Of a stretch of 64,000 nucleotides of DNA, positions 61,818-64,000 are shown piece after piece; the first letter of the stretch is position 1, and each line of letters starts with the position of its first letter. Both the position numbers and the translations under genes were made by a program. Under the pieces are notes generated by a model, which searched no databases, was not told where the DNA came from, and saw only the letters and a program-made list of their open reading frames with translations. This DNA is from an uncultured bacterium (GTDB lineage: Bacteria > Krumholzibacteriota > Krumholzibacteriia > JACNKJ01), in contig CAVOFT010000001.1 in assembly GCA_963695095.1 (NCBI GenBank), positions 32,001 to 96,000 of the forward strand, written 5' to 3'.

Positions 61818-62039
61818 GGATTGCATCGGCAATCCTGGCCGGCAGCGTGGCACAAGGCTGCCTGCAAAAAAGCGCGAGCCCTCTCCCGCTCTTGGCGAGA
61901 AAGGGCTCGTTCGCCAGCTTGAACTGCACGATACTTCGACTTGCCGCTATGCCTGCCGACCTTGCGGGCAACGGTGGAAGGGGCGCGATCAATCTTCACG
62001 GCAATCGCCCTAAATGACAGGCCAGTTGCTAGGTCTCTA

Positions 62040-62098
62040 GCGAACTGCTGATCGAGGTCAACGACATCCGGCCGCTGGCACCCGCTCCGGCCATGTGA
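62040..62098 (+). repeat. diverged duplicate of the dnaE 3' end
   Basis: 62040-62078 matches 61762-61800 at 33 of 39 nt; ELLIEVNDIRPL versus ELLIEVKDIQPL. Confidence 0.85.
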
Positions 62099-62166
62099 AG
62101 GGCCGGAGCGGGTACCAGCAGCCGGTGTGGCTTCTAACAGCGGCTAGCCGCGTTCCCGTGCGCTCG

Positions 62167-62493
62167 TCAGAGTTCGCTGGCCTGGTTGAGCGTCCCGATG
62201 AGCAGGATCGTGCTGCAGCCGAGGAGGGCGATGCTCACGGCCAGGCCGATCTTCTTCTTCGTATTGTAAGAGCTCTTGGCGTCCGAGTAGGCGACCTGCT
62301 GCTCCAAGGACGCTTCCGCATCCGGTGGCTGCACCTTGTCGCCATAGGCCTTGAACTGGTCCTTGTAGTACTCCTTCCACTCGATGGGGCCCGCGCCATC
62401 GCCGGGTTCGGCAACCGTCGGCGTGTACCCGGCACAGCCGGCAATCACCATGAGTCCCAGAATCACGAGAGCGAGCAAGATCAGTCTATGCAC
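62167..62493 (-). CDS. small lipoprotein with C-terminal TM
   Basis: GGGAGG RBS with GTG 62493, IAGC lipobox, C-terminal hydrophobic helix. Confidence 0.7.
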   Translation of the reverse strand: MHRLILLALVILGLMVIAGCAGYTPTVAEPGDGAGPIEWKEYYKDQFKAYGDKVQPPDAEASLEQQVAYSDAKSSYNTKKKIGLAVSIALLGCSTILLIGTLNQASEL

Positions 62494-62509
62494 GTCGACC
62501 TCCCATCGG

Positions 62510-63760
62510 TCAGAGAGCCAGAGGCGGTTCAACTGACGCCGGCTGCGTCGTGAGCCGCGCGATCTTCTTCTTGAGCTTGCGAATCATCCAGTGGACTTCG
62601 ATCTGGTCAGTGGACAGATACACGGCGAGAAAGGAGGACGAGGAAGTTCACGAAGAAGCACGCGGATCGCCGAAGGTGAGCAGCGAGAAGACGACCATCA
62701 GAGGGCCCACGATGAAGCAGGGCGAGAAGTAATCCCAGCGCCGGTCCGAAGCGACGAAGAGCAGACCCTGCCACCACGCCGATCAGGAACTCCAGGGTGA
62801 AGGCACAGGGCCTCCATCGGTTCGCGAGCGTCGTGCCGAATCCAGGAGGCGATGGCCTCTGCCGAGACGAAGACCCCCGCCATGTCGCCGACCACGGTCG
62901 TCAGGACATCCCGCCCGGCATGATCGGTGCCGCCGATCAGGACGATCTTCTCGTGCAGCAGCGACTGCGGCGCCGGCGACGGCGGGCAGCGAAAGAATGG
63001 AGGCCGAGTCGTCGGTGCGGGTTACCGCCCCGGTGAGATTGAGGAAGTGGCCCGAGAAGCGGATACGCCAGGGGACCAAGGGATCCGCGGGATTCATGAT
63101 GAAACCACCAGGGCCGGGTGCGATGCTTTTCCAGTCCGAAAGCCGCGATGGCGGCGCCCAGCAGGGTCGGCAGGGTTGATATCGAGGCCTCGTAGCGCTG
63201 CGGCACCGCGCGCACATAGCCGCCCGTGCTCCGAATCGCAGGGGTCGCCCACACCAGCTGTCGATTCGCCGCCAGGGCGTCGAAGGCGGACCAGTTGGGA
63301 TTCCTCGCGCGCCGCTCCAGCCGCTCCATCTGCGGATTGCGCACGAGGATGATCGGTAGATCGCCGGCGCGCCCGGCAAGGAGATCGTAGAGCCGGGCCC
63401 GCGCGGTAGCTCGGTCTGGGGGATTCGCCCGGTGCCGGTGGAGGAGAACATCGAGAATCTCCCCCGCGGCCCGTGTTCGATACTGCGCTGCGTGATGCGC
63501 ATCAGCGCATCGGCATCGAGGGGCGCCTGGCCGCCGAAGAGGGCTGGGTCGTAGTAGTTGTCGTGATCGCGACGACCATGATCGGCGCGTCGAACTGCGG
63601 CCGATCGGCGTTGGCCATCCGATCGAGCCACCACGCCTCGCCGACATCCAGCAGGTGAAAGGCGCGCGCGCCGAACACGAGAAGCGTCACGCAGAAGGAG
63701 GCGAGGATCAGCCGTTCCCAGGTCTCGATGACGTCCGGCGTCGTCCTCAGCGTCCTGGAC
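62510..63760 (-). pseudogene. CHASE2-domain membrane protein broken by many frameshifts
   Basis: Fragments in different frames: PIMVVAIT/D.DNY.PALFGGQAPLD, EKIVLIGGTDHAGRDVLTTVVGDMAGVFVSAEAIAS, then TM fragments LEFLIGVVAG, FIVGPLMVVFSLL; ends approximate. Confidence 0.6.
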
Positions 63761-64000
63761 GCCCAGCAGGACGAACGGGAGGGCGATGGGAGCCGGTCAC
63801 GAGAGGTAGGTCCGGTCAGCCAGCGCCTAAGACGGCGGCCAGTTCCCGGGGCATGGGGTCGCCTTCGGCCTGCTTCAGGTAGGCCGCGCGCCGGCTGTCG
63901 GCCTCCTGGGCGGTGAGCAGCGCGAAACGTCCGCAGAGATAGCGCTCGCCGTTCGCGTCCAGCAGACACCACTCGGCCGGTCCCGGCACGCGGTCGGTGA

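Overview
A GC-rich (about 70%, by eye) bacterial chromosomal window. Four secreted proteins end in a FlgD-Ig/T9SS-type sorting domain, which suggests an FCB-group lineage such as Krumholzibacteriota, Latescibacterota or Eisenbacteria (inference). It holds about 50 genes: a glutaryl-CoA-type dehydrogenase, a flippase/pyruvyltransferase/GT4 trio, two ECF sigma modules, an ABC-2 exporter, pabB/trpE-like, a glyoxylate shunt pair (malate synthase plus long ICL2-type isocitrate lyase), ispG, a selenocysteine-type selD divergent from rex, a hybrid kinase, an M16 peptidase pair and a DnaE polymerase. No rRNA, tRNA, CRISPR array or transposase was recognised. The best lead is 39350-40550: a Cys-rich secreted ORF ending in an RPP motif, whose codons can pair with the SD of a downstream exported protein built from four H-x3-C-x3-C-x3-C repeats. 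This looks like a metal-responsive ribosome-stalling leader controlling a copper-storage-like protein. Other signals: two orphan promoter-to-terminator small RNA units (6S-like at about 17450-17624; GGA-rich Csr/Rsm-like at about 38942-39059), a 32-aa hydrophobic peptide gene, several leaderless promoters and a diverged duplicate of the dnaE 3' end. Eight frameshifts in six conserved genes can all be repaired by removing one base, so they are most likely sequencing errors. All family calls come from motif recognition by eye; no searches were run.
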